Below are positions 1-11,340 of a stretch of DNA of 64,000 nt, piece by piece. The notes under the pieces were generated by a model. It was not told the origin of the DNA and did no database searches. It saw only the letters and a program-made list of their open reading frames with translations. The stretch is taken from assembly GCA_028534125.1 (NCBI GenBank), contig CM052817.1, forward strand, positions 93,932,001-93,996,000, given 5' to 3'. This DNA is from Lama glama. Lineage: Eukaryota. The translations under genes and the position numbers were made by a program. How positions within the stretch are numbered: position 1 is the stretch's first letter; each line of letters starts with the position of its first letter.

Positions 1-285
1 GTAGTTCATGAAAATAATCTCAATAAATGCCAAGAAACATACATTGTACAACTCACATTCTCTGATTGCAAAATGAAACTGATAATTGTCAACAAAAATA
101 CCCAAATCACTTGGAAATATCAAAAAACCTTGCTAAATAAATCTAGCATGAAAAGAAAAAAATTAAAAGTGCAGTCATAAAGTATTGTTAAATTAAATAC
201 TATGGTTATTAAATAAAAATAGAAATAAATGAACTCATAATTTAACTCAAAAGTGGTTGAGAAAAAAATTTCTTAAGAAGGCAAG
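1..285 (+). mobile_element. Ancient L1 (L1M) ORF2 fragment, end of endonuclease region
   Basis: Degenerate 'aatctcaataaatgccaagaaacatacattgtacaactcacattctctgattgcaaaatgaaact' resembles the L1 ORF2 SLNKF..IEI....SDHN..KL region. Confidence 0.5.
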
Positions 286-299
286 ATGAGTAAAAGTGT

Positions 300-630
300 T
301 CACTCTATTCAATTATCTATCCTACAAATATTTGGTAAAGGTTTATTACATTCCAGATACTGTAGGCAAATATGTAAATAAGTGGACATATAAACAATAA
401 ACATTATGTAACATTATGTAACATTATAAACATTATGTAACAATGTTATTTAGAGATTAATGCTGTAAAGAAAAATAGAGTAGGATAAAAAGTTAGAGAC
501 AGAAATGGGGTAGAAGGAAGTTGTTATTTTAGATAAATCAGTCACAGAGTTTATCTGAAGACGTGACATTTAAACAGACTTGAAAGACAGAAGTGCGCAG
601 GATAAACAAATGTCTGGTGGAAGAGTTTGA
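300..630 (-). mobile_element. L2 3' fragment
   Basis: 'ctacaaatatttggtaaaggtttattacattccagatactgtaggc' and 'gaagacgtgacatttaaacagacttgaa' resemble the antisense L2 3' end. Confidence 0.55.
399..441. repeat. Short tandem repeat, about 4 copies of AACATTATGT
   Basis: acattatgta acattatgta acattataaa cattatgtaa seen directly. Confidence 0.9.
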
Positions 631-1539
631 TGAAAAAGTACAGAAATAGGTAAATTAGAAAACGGGGAGCAGATTCTTAGAAAAAGTAGTACAGGCACCT
701 CTGAAAAATATCGCCAAGAAATTTTTTAAAAAGCATGCACGCACAAATACAACTGCAGGAAACTACAGTGGCAAACATAATAAGAAACTTTTACAAAATA
801 AAGGTATATCTGATACAGCATAGAGAGCACTGACATTTGCTTTGGGAATACTGTGAGGTGTTCATGAATCACCAAAATGATAAATTCTGAAATATTTATT
901 CAGCTTTCCTCTAAATCACACACCTCAGTAAAAAGTCGTGTGGTTCCCAATACACCCTTGTCCAGCAGTTTAGCTGCCTTTTCCATCTGTGCTAAAGTTT
1001 TCTCTTTAGCCATTTTACTTTTCACATAATAGCCATTTTTCTCAAAGAAGCACATATTTCATTCCTTACAGAGTTACTGTTGACAAGCAGAGAACACAAA
1101 GCCACGGAGATAAAAGTGTTGCACTCAGACCTAGGCTGGCCCAGTCCACATTCTTATCTCAGCAAAATTCAAGATTCTCTTGTCAGGGCTCTTAGGGGCT
1201 AATTGAGAAGACCTGAAACCAAAATATATTGAATCAACTGAATAATTATGTAAACATGAATATGAATTAAAAAAACCCACAGGTGATATACGATATTAAT
1301 TTTAAACAATTAAATCAATAAATAGAAAACTTAAATAGGGTCTTGAATTAGACTTTTCTATAGTCTGAGAATATTGGACAAAGAAACTCCTTTTTAAAGA
1401 GAATACCAAGAAAGTGCCAAATATCCACTCTGGGGCTTCTTAAAAGAAATCAAAATCAGATCTGATTCTTTCATTCCCATCTATCCACCTCAAGCTGATT
1501 TTAAAGAGAAAGCAATGCTAAAGAAAGTTGTTGGACTAG

Positions 1540-2365
1540 AGAATTATGTGTGCCGTGAGCTATCCGCCCAGAGAGTATTATGGGTTTTCCCTTCTAGTCT
1601 GCCATTTCAACCTGGTTAAGAGTAGTCTCCAAAAGAAGCAGTTGTAGAGATCCAGAGGGCCTGGGAGAAGAGGAGACTGGCATCCCCACCTCTGTCTGGA
1701 TCCTTAGTGTGGAATACAGAAACCCTGGTACTGCCAATACTGAGTGGGTTCAGGAAAGGGAGCTCTTGGGAGAACCTGACATGTATTCCCTGTAGCTAAT
1801 ATGAGCAGATGGCAAGAGCAGGACAAGGAGAGAGGACAGCAAATGGGAGCTTTCACTTGCACTATGTAGAGTAGGTGCTGTGGTCTTGAAGATGTCCTGC
1901 AAGAGAGCAGCCTGAGGACCCCCCTATTAAAGGCTTCAGATGAACTAGTAGGGTGGCAAGGATGTCCCTACGGTGCCCCAAAGGACAAACATCTGCAGCT
2001 TGGAGTCCACAAAGCCATCAGTGACAATAACAGTTAAATCATTAAGACTTGCCACCTCCTCGAATCCCCCCACATCCCATCCCAACCCAGTGGGAGTCAA
2101 GAGCAGCAGACAGGGGAAAAGGAGAGGGAAAAACAGGAGGTGGCATGAAATCAGACCTCGCCTTGGTTCTCACTGGTAGCCTCCAGCCACAGGCCACGCC
2201 TGGGACCGGATGCTAGGCAGTGGTCAGAGGGGAAACAGCTTTGACTTTGAGATACAGTCAGATGGAAGAGTATGTTTCAAAAGTGTTCTTCTACATTTGA
2301 ATGACTGGAAAGCCAAGGGACCTGACAAGATGTCCTCAAAGGGGACGAAAGGAGATTATCAGAAT
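1540..2365 (+). mobile_element. Ancient LTR-like relic, possibly Gypsy-type (MamGypLTR/LTR85-like)
   Basis: GC-richer purine-rich block ending 'gaatgactggaaagccaagggacctgacaagatgtcctcaaagggg', reminiscent of MamGypLTR 3' parts; by eye only. Confidence 0.35.
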
Positions 2366-2374
2366 CTCATAGAA

Positions 2375-2495
2375 GTCCTAGCCTTCTTCCTGGATTTTTG
2401 CAATCAGTTTTTTAATAATCTCCCTGCTTTTGTCTTTGCCCTCCTCCATAGTCTATTCTCAACACAGAAGCCAGACTGATACTGTAAAAACTGCA
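2375..2495 (+). mobile_element. L2 fragment
   Basis: 'ctccctgcttttgtctttgccctcctccatagtctattctcaacacagaagccagactgat' is a typical L2 motif. Confidence 0.7.
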
Positions 2496-2624
2496 TCAAT
2501 CAGCTTTTGCTAAAATAGTAGTGAGGAGAGGGGATGTGGAAGTTTGATTCTAAATAAAGTGAGAATTTGATATAATGCTACTGCGTATTTCTCAGTGTCA
2601 AAGTGATGTTAGCAGGTGGGTATA

Positions 2625-3490
2625 TGTGGTAGCTAATCGACACAGATAGTCCCACAGTGAATCATACCTCTTGGTATGTATGACCTTCTCTAATTCTGCC
2701 CCACACTGAGTTTAATGTTGGTGGTCATTAGTAAACTGAGACCAGTCAGTATGTTTGTGAATGTGTGTGTATCTTTTTTTTTGAAACTGTATCTTCAACT
2801 CCTAGAATAGTGCCTCGCACATACTGGAATAGGAACAGTTAAGCAAACCAAATAAACATTTGATATGATCTGATTGCATGCATTTAGATCTAAAGGATGC
2901 TATTAACAGAAATGGTATATAGTAGATAACATCCAAGTATGGCCCTACAATATACCATGTGAACCCTATTAGACAAGTATAGTGTCCTGCTACGTTAAAT
3001 ATGGGCTGGCTGTTGTAACCAACAGACTGTGGTGGAAGTGATTCCGTGTAATTTCTGAAGTTAGATCAGAAGAAACCTGTAGTTTCTGCCTTGGTCTTTT
3101 ACAACACTTATTTTGGTGGATGCCTAGCCACCACAGTAAAATGCCTGACAATTCTGAGACCCACATGATGTGAGGAAGCTCCATCTGGCATTGTAGAGAG
3201 ACTAAATGAATACGGACATAGATAGCAGGCCAGTCCCAGATTTCTCCAGCCTTCCTAGCTGAGGTGTCAGACATATGAGTGAAGAGGCCATCTTGTACAT
3301 CCACCCCATTCAAACCTTCACATGATTCCAGTCTGAACACCATCTAACTGCAATCTCAAGAGACTCCCTAAGGAATAAGTGCCCAGATGAGTCCAGCTAA
3401 CCCACAAAGTTGTAAAAGACAACAACAAATTGTTGCTTTAAGCCACTAAGCTTTAGGGTGGTTTGTTTCACAGCAATAGATGCCAGAATG
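2625..3490 (+). mobile_element. MaLR LTR (MLT1G/H-like), interrupted at about 2720-2995
   Basis: Starts 'tgtggtagc...gtgaatcatacctcttggtat'; ends 'ttgttgctttaagccactaagctttagggtggtttgtttcacagcaatagat', a typical MLT1 3' end. Confidence 0.8.
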
Positions 3491-3499
3491 GTTTAACAA

Positions 3500-3910
3500 T
3501 GAGAAAGAAAGAGAAAGAATGTTATATCACTGATTTAAAATGCTGAGGAATAACACCAACATTGTAGTTTTTAAATATCATTACCTACCAAAAAAGAAGA
3601 GAGATTTTTGAAGAAATGGCTGATCCCATGGCTAGGGAAGGAAGGTACAATATGAGTTTGAAAACATCCTATCCAGAAAATAAGAAATTATCAAAGACTA
3701 CCGCTAGGATTGTAACATAAAGATTCAAGAGCCATCTTGAAAGGGGTATCACTGTTCATAAATGAAATAAATTAAGCATCAGTAGGAATATTGACTGTAA
3801 CAGTTTGAAACGTGTTCAGATCCCCAATGCTTTATAAAACGAAAGGAAAAGGAACTTATCGGTCACAACTTGAAGATGAAGAAACAAGTTATTATTCTGA
3901 AAACAAAGAA
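3500..3910 (+). mobile_element. L1MC4-like 3' UTR fragment
   Basis: 'gaaatggctgatcccatggctagggaaggaaggtacaatatgag...ccagaaaataagaaattatcaaagacta' resembles the L1MC 3' end. Confidence 0.65.
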
Positions 3911-4047
3911 AGAAAATCAGAGTTACAAGAACAAAGTACCTATGGCAGTCTGTATAATGAAATGTAACCTCAGAATCTCCAGAGTTTAGCACAGCTCTAA
4001 ATATGCAGTAGCAAATTAATAAAAGTTTTTAAGATGAAGGCAAGATG

Positions 4048-5575
4048 GAATGATGTCAACAAGATGACAATAAGAAGCCCTACTCTCCTCGGACACAATG
4101 ATTCAACAACAATTCACGGCCCAATTCTCTGAGAAATCCAGAAACCAGCTCAGAAGCTTCTAGCAAGTGCAAAAACAGCTCTGTTGAAGCCAGTAGGAAA
4201 ATCTGAGATTCCCTACCACCATAAGCCCTCCCCCTGATAATGTGCCACACAATCAGAAGGAAACCCTCCATTCCCAGGATCAGCCTGGGGAGGGAAGGAA
4301 AGGACAGGACAATATATCCTAAGTTCTGATATTTCGGGACACTGCCTGAGGAACTAGTTTCTGCCTTGCCTGAATCTGAGCACTGACAGGAAAGATCCAC
4401 AGGTTGGGGGCTGCTGAGAACAAAGGCAGCAGTTTGGAATAGCATGCACATGGTCATGTAACTCAGCCTTAAGCAAGTGGGTAAAAAATCCCAAATCCCA
4501 GTTTCTCCCTGGGAAAGGAAAGAGTTGGACTGTGCATCCAATGTTCCATCTTCTCTGGGGGCTGCCGAAGGGACTGGTTTCTGTCTTGCCTGTCACTGAG
4601 CACTGCCAGGACCCAGTATATTCTAGATGCCTGAGAGGTAGAGAATAGAAGTAAAAGGCTTGGTGATAGTAGGAATGTATCTCAACACAATAAAGTCTGT
4701 ATATGACGAGCCCACAGTTAACACCATACTCAGCTGTGAAAGGTTGAAAGCTTTTTCTCTAAGATCAGGAACAAGATAAGGATGCTCACTCTCACCATTC
4801 CTATTCAACATAGTGCTAGAAGTTCTAGTCAGAGCATTAAGGCAAGAAAAAGAAATAAAACATATTCAAATAAGAAAGGAAGAAACAATTGTCTCTGTTT
4901 ACAGATGACAAGATCTTACATACAGAAAACCTTAAGATTCCACTGAAAGACTGTTAGAAGTAATAAATCCAGTAAAGTTGCAGGATACAAAAATCAATAT
5001 ATAAAAATTAGTTGTGTTTCTATATACTAACAACAAACAGTATGAAAAGGGAATTAAGAAAACAATCCCATTTACAATAGTATCAAAAAGAATGAAATAA
5101 TTATAAACCTAACCAGGGAAATAAAAGATCTGTGCACTGAAAACTACAAAACATTATTGGAAGATATTGAAGAAAACACAAATAAATCCTGTATTCATGG
5201 ATGTTAAGATTCAATATTTTTAAATGTCCGTAATACCCAAAGCAATCTACAGATTCAATACAATCCCTATCAAAATCTCAGTGGTATTTTTCTGCAGAAA
5301 TGGGAAAAAACAATCCTAAAATTCATATGGAATCACAAAGGACTCTGAATAGCCGAAACAACCTTGAGAAAGAAGAATATAGGCATTTACAGTCAAATGG
5401 TCTTCAACAAGTATGTCATATGGGGACTTGCTATTCAACCGTTATAAAGGTTCAGTTATACAAGATGAGTAAGTTCTAAAGAGCTACTGTACCACATTGT
5501 GCTTACAGTTAATATTACTCTCATTCTACATGTGCAAATCTGTTAAGAGGGTAGATCTAATGTTGTGTTCCTAAT
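4048..5575 (+). mobile_element. Old L1 with internal deletions: 5' UTR, RT segment of ORF2, L1MB-type 3' UTR
   Basis: 5' UTR at about 4048-4660 has two copies of a 'g(g/a)act(a/g)gtttctg(c/t)cttgcctg...ctgagcactg' monomer; about 4670-5376 encodes decayed RT ([22 protein letters not shown]); 5420-5575 resembles an L1MB1/2 3' UTR. Confidence 0.8.
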
Positions 5576-5675
5576 NNNNNNNNNNNNNNNNNNNNNNNNN
5601 NNNNNNNNNNNNNNNNNNNNNNNNNNNNNNNNNNNNNNNNNNNNNNNNNNNNNNNNNNNNNNNNNNNNNNNNNNN
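5576..5675. other. Assembly gap (100 N)
   Basis: Run of N. Confidence 1.
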
Positions 5676-6542
5676 TTAGCAACACTAAACCCATGCTAAA
5701 AGAAATATTGACAGGCCTACTCTAAATAGAAAAGAAGCAGGATGCTACAAAAATGAGAAACTCATAACTGGAAAGGAGATAACTGCCATGAATTACAAAA
5801 AGAATAAACACAAAATTGTAAAAGAAGACATCTAAATCATTAAGAGTTGGGGAGGGAAGCAAGGAAAGCCACTGTGGAAAACAGTATGGAGATTCCTCAA
5901 AAGACTAGGAATAGACTTACCATATGACCCAGGAATCCCACTCCTGGGCATATATCCAGAAGGAATCCTACTTCAAAATGACACCTGCACCCCAATGTTC
6001 ATAGCAGCACTATTTACAATAGCCAAGACATGGAAACAGCCTAAATGTCCATCAACAGATGACTGAGTAAAGAAGATGTGATATATTTATACAATGGAAT
6101 ACTATTCAGCCATAAAAACCAACAACATAACGCCGTCAGCAGCAACATGGATGTTCCTAGAGAATGTCGTTCTAAGTAAAGTAAGCCAGAAAGAGAAAGA
6201 AAAATACCATATGAGATCACTCATATGAGGAATCTAAAAAACAAAACAAAACATAAATACAAAACAGAAACAGACTCATAGACATAGAATACAAACTTGT
6301 GGTTGCTAAGGGGGTGGGAAAGGACAGACTGGGATTTCAAAATGTAGAATAGATAAACAAGATTATACTGTATAGCACAGGGAAATATATACAAGATCTT
6401 GTGGTAGCTCATAGCGGAAAAAAAAATGTGACAATGAATGTATATATGTTCGTGAATAACTGAAAAATTGTGCTCTACGCTAGAATTTGACACAACATTG
6501 TAAAACGACTATCACTCAACAAAAAAATGTAAAAAAAAAAAA
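5676..6542 (+). mobile_element. Young lineage-specific L1: ORF1 end, spacer, ORF2 C-terminus, 3' UTR, poly(A)
   Basis: 5678-5725 reads SNTKPMLKEILTGLL* (ORF1 C-terminus); from 5869 reads PLWKTVWRFLKRLGIDLPYDPGIPLLGIYP...[27 protein letters not shown] (ORF2 C-terminus with in-frame stops); A-tail at 6531-6542. Confidence 0.9.
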
Positions 6543-6589
6543 GACATGATTTTAAAAGCTAAGAAAACATAAAGGTAAAGAGAGAGAGG

Positions 6590-7109
6590 AAGAGAGCCCT
6601 CCCCGCAGAAACGCTAAACATTGGACACATGCTCCAACTCTTTCCCTCTCCAGGGAGAGGCCAGGAGTAGGGGATTTTCTCTGCATGGGGCTAGGGGGAG
6701 GAACTATTAAGAGGGGGTGTGTGCTAATCCAAATCATCACCTAATTCTCAGCTGCCCTGGAGCTGGCACCCTTTCCCGTCAGTGCTTAGCTTCAGGCAAA
6801 ACAGAAACCAGTCCCACAGGCAGGTCCCTGAAAAGTCTGAACAGTTGGATATATGCTTCATTCTTCTCTTTCCCTCACCAGAGAAAAGCCAAGAGTTGGG
6901 AGTTTTCTCCAGTCCAGCCTGGCAGAGTGGGTGCCACAAATTTTCCTACTAACTTTGATGTTGGCTGGTTTCACTGCTCCCCTGGAGTGCGGGTGCCTCT
7001 TAACCGATTCTCAATTTCTCACAAAGGAATTTGGTCCATTTATTGTTGAGTGGATGTCTCTGCTGGGAGGGTCTGGGGCTTCCTATTCTGCCATTTTGCT
7101 GATATCACC
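6590..7109 (-). mobile_element. Old L1 5' UTR fragment (antisense)
   Basis: Reverse complement begins 'ggtgatatcagcaaaatggcagaataggaagcccc', homologous to the 5' UTR at 4048; carries the same 'gggactggtttctgttttgcctgaagctaagcactgac' monomer. Confidence 0.8.
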
Positions 7110-7112
7110 CTG

Positions 7113-7233
7113 AAACTTACTTTTTTTTAATCAAAGTATAGTCAGTTATAATGTGTCAATTTCTGGTGTATAGCATAAAGTCCCAGTCATGCATATATAT
7201 ACATATGTTCGTTTTCATCTAAAACTTACTTTT
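7113..7233 (-). mobile_element. Very short 5'-truncated young L1 3' end with TSD
   Basis: T-run followed by 'aatcaaagtatagtcagttataatgtgtcaatttctggtgtatagc'; TSD aaacttactttt at 7113-7124 and 7222-7233. Confidence 0.85.
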
Positions 7234-7516
7234 AATTACAAATCAAGGAAGGCTTACAGTCCCTGGAAACCTTTGAAAAGTATTTTTATATGACTGTTTC
7301 CATTAGAATTTTTAAATAAAGAGAGAAGGAAAGTAGTTAGTATGGCTGCTTAAGTTTCTATGACCTATGAAGAAAGTGAGGATTCTCAGTAAAATGAAAT
7401 ATTTTTGCTATATTTTAATTTATATGCACTTTTTAATCTAGGTTAAGACTTCCTTAGACTGTGATTTTTTAGGTCAAAAAGGGACAATTAAATACATGGT
7501 TTAACAAAGGCCAAGT

Positions 7517-7631
7517 TGTGTATATATATATACATAAAACTTTATATATGTGCACGTATTTAGATTATATATATATATACACACTCACATATATATATAA
7601 ATACACCTATACATACTTATACACACACATA
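7517..7631. repeat. (TA)n/(CA)n low-complexity tract
   Basis: Seen directly. Confidence 0.9.
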
Positions 7632-8019
7632 CCACTAAAAGCAGTGAAGCTAACCCTGTTCCATCGAGAAAAGATAGTTAAAGTACAAGGAAAAACCAAA
7701 AGGAAAACATGATCCAATACGTAAATATTGTCGTTCAGGAAAAAATAAAACATGTAAAGTGTTTAATACCAAATAAAATAAGATTATCTTTGATATATCA
7801 GGAAAACACTGATGTACACCACCCAGGTGACACCCAGTTATCAAAGTTCAAGGGTTTGGGACTATTTGCTAACATCTAAGAAGGACCATAGCCTTTCTGT
7901 GCAGAATGACAGAAGTCAGGAATCGTGTTTTATGTTTTATTTTTATATTGTATTTTGTTTTGTAATAACATAGAGACATATAGACAATATTAATGTAAAG
8001 TATCTTGGGTCCTGAGAAG

Positions 8020-8450
8020 TACATATACTAGAATGCTTTTGTTAACAACTAAAAAAAAAAAACAAACCAGGGGTAGCATAAATTTTTTAAAGGGGACTTT
8101 AACATAAGACTATGTATAAGGGTATCTCAAAGACACAGATGCAGCTGGGCTCAGGACAAACGAAACCAGGAGTTTAAATGCCTTCATGACTCTTTCTCCC
8201 TCCTTCACCACTGCTCATTCGTTAAAGTCAGCTCCAGCCTTCTTTCTATCTCTGCAGCCAGGCATTCTCTGCTTTTGGTGGAAAACATGGCCAATAAAAA
8301 ATATCTAGTGTTGAAAATTCAAAAGACCCATCAGATCAAGACCAAAACTTAACAGCTTGATTTCAGAGAGGTTCTGATTGGACCAGCATGGTGCATAGGT
8401 ACGGCCAGGAGGCCAGTCCTGTTGTGTTAACATGGCTGTTGTCAAAACCC
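8020..8450 (-). mobile_element. MaLR LTR (MLT1K/L-like)
   Basis: 'gcagctgggctcaggac...ccaggagtttaaatgcc...tctctgcagccaggc...gttctgattggaccagc' follows the antisense MLT1K pattern. Confidence 0.6.
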
Positions 8451-10729
8451 TGTAGGCTGAATTAGTGCATGGGGGTGGGGGGTATGAATGCTCCAAGATC
8501 AAACAGGGGGGCAAGCAATCCCATGAGGAAAAAAATATCTAATATTGAGACAGTTTGAAATGTTCCAAGCATGGAAATATGCCACGTGGTTTGACAACCT
8601 CTGGATTTTGTTGCTGATATTTAAGTAAATGCTGTATTTATTTGTTGTTGGTGAAATAGAAAGAGAATAGAACCTATAGTAAATGTTTAGACTAACAGTC
8701 TGTTCTTTTTGTCAGCGTTCCTTGTAAAGTAAAATAATTAGTACAGAAGCAAGAAATTAAGCTAGCAAATAAGTACTAAATGGGACAATCATCCAGCACA
8801 GTGAACAGGAAAAAGATGTGACTGCTACTGTGGGAAAAACCATTGAAACAATCAGCCCATGCAAAAGAGCAATAAAGAAAAGAAAATGAGATACTGGGAT
8901 ATTCTTAGCTGAAGAAATAAATGCAAAAACAAAATGGGGCAGAGTGTTCTCCAGTAAGGTGTCGATTTGTTCCCATTTGGAGAATTGGGTGCAGAATGGA
9001 TCTCCAGAATGTAAAAAGCCACTAACTCAGTAAAGTGTATATATTTTCCAGTCCAAGCACAAAAGTACTGTAATAACTTTGACAAACTTGGATAAAAAGA
9101 ATTTAATATTTCTTAGTGACCTGGTATTTACCTTATAATAAATGAACAAATAAAGAGTTTTAACACTGGCATTATGTTTGTAAACAAGGAGGCATTGAAA
9201 ATTCATTAAGTTAAGTGTTGCAACCAGTGATATTGTGCCCTGTAAAATGTAGTATGTTGAAAGGATTACTATGGAAGAGTAAATGGGAAAGAAATATCCT
9301 ATGTGTCCACTTTAGTTAGGGGCTGTTATGGCAAACCAGTATCATTTATTTGAAAACTGATCCAATACTTCCTAGAAATAGCATTCACCAGTACAGCTCT
9401 AGTAGTCATGTAAGACATTCATTTGTGGAATGAAATTATTTTATTCCCTTATCCTTAATAATGTAATGTTACACTACTTGCCTTTGCTAAAAAAAAAAAA
9501 AAAAAAACCCAAATTCAAATATCTTTCTCAGCTTCAGACTCTAGTCTTTTGTAACTTCAAGAACAGGAATCATTATCATTAATTTTAATTTTCTCATAAT
9601 TCCTGATAAATTAATATGCATGCAGGAATGCTTAGTATGCTCATTCTAATACATGTGCAGTTAAACCATTATTTCCTATCCACACTTATACTCATTATCT
9701 AGGAGTCTAAATGAGACATTTACCAAGATGCATAAATTTCTATGCCACTTGCTCTATGAAACCAATCACTGCACTTAAAATGACATCACCATTTCAAAAC
9801 CTTCAGCAGAACACATACATTTTTATTTTTTAAACATTTAAGACCAATGTCTGTTTTTGTTGAGGGTAAGTTATCTTAACAAACAAGATATTAGCCAGTA
9901 TTCAGATATTCTCGTAATGTCATTGATGTTAAATTTGTCACAAGCAGATATTTGCGGACATAATATTTCCCAAGTCAGGTTTTGCAGAATTGTACTCTAA
10001 CTGGACTTCTTATTGCAAGCTTTCTTTATTTGAGGCTCTTTGAAACAATACTGACTTTAATATTAGTAACTTGAAAATTACATGGAATCCCTACCTCTGC
10101 ATTCTGATGTGAAGAAAAAAATGTTTATTTCCTTTAGTTATATTTCACCTATGAGTCTTTGTGTCAGTGCAGTGTACTTTTCACTGTTTTAATTACGATT
10201 TAAATAAAGCTCACTCTATGTGTGAGATTTTATTAAATTGTGTCATCTAATGATTTTACTTTTGTTCTGACCTGAGAGATGACTATATAATGACACAAAC
10301 AATGTGTCTTGGTGATCATTGCTATTATGTATGTTCTACTTGCAAAAGATTCTAATTAAACTCAAGATGTAAATAAAATGTTAAGTACAATCATCATGAA
10401 ATGAAAACTAATTGTTAACTGTAGTATACTGGGTATATACCAGGGTACTTTGATCAAAAACATACTTATAAAGATAGCATTTTACATACCATTGAGCCTC
10501 TTGAAAAAATACTACTGGCTATAAGAAGAACACAAAAAAATAGTTTTTCCGTTTTTTTCATTAATGACACTACCAGGCAATACCCAGAGTACACACGCAT
10601 CAACATGCACATATTCAAAAGCAATTAAACTGTTTCTCAAAATTTCCACTAAACTCAGGAATATGAAAGGCACTGGATTTCCAAATAGAAACCTGGGATC
10701 CTAGCAAAATGGTTCACAATGCTAAGAAT

Positions 10730-11335
10730 GTGTTCACAATTAACAAGAAAAATCAAGTGTCTGAAAAACTTAACTTGCCAGGTACCTTTTTACAAGAAGT
10801 TACTGAAGGATATGTTACACTAAAATTAAGTAAATAAGGCAAAAGAAGACATGGAATCAGTACAAGGATCTAACAGAGAAAAGAGATAAAAGGAATCTGT
10901 ATGAACTTGTCAAAAGGAAGTCCCAATATGCAGAAAGTCTATGCCACACATCACCATGGAACAGAATATTGATGGTTCCAGAAAGAATGCTTTTAGCAAA
11001 AAATAAGTAAAAAATCGTGGTGAGGTTGCTAGCAGATTATCTCAGAAGTTTGACTGCTTAGAAAATTATATTCATAAATATTTTACAGAACTGTTAGGGA
11101 GTACAGTAAGACAGCTTTTAAGTTAAACAAAACCAAATAAATGGGAAAAAATAAGGCATTTATCAACTCCAAAGGAAAAAGGTCTAACAACAAACTGTAT
11201 TAATGTTATAATACTTGATTTCAGAAGTGAATACACACACACACAATCATAATGAAAACATCAAAAACGGATTTAACCAAAAATTGTGGTATTATATTGG
11301 GGACTAGGAAAGCATAAAGAGAGAGAAAAATCCTC
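10730..11335 (+). mobile_element. HAL1 fragment
   Basis: 'cctttttacaagaagttactgaaggatatgttacac...aaaagaagacatggaatc...ggatctaacagagaaaagag' resembles the HAL1 ORF1 end and 3' region. Confidence 0.65.
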
Positions 11336-11340
11336 TTCTA

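Noticed and set aside
399..441. Repeated 10-mer as a possible CRISPR-like array
   Set aside because: Contiguous tandem repeat without spacers, in mammalian DNA
4080..4541. 153-aa minus-strand ORF
   Set aside because: Antisense to an old L1 5' UTR; no recognisable protein
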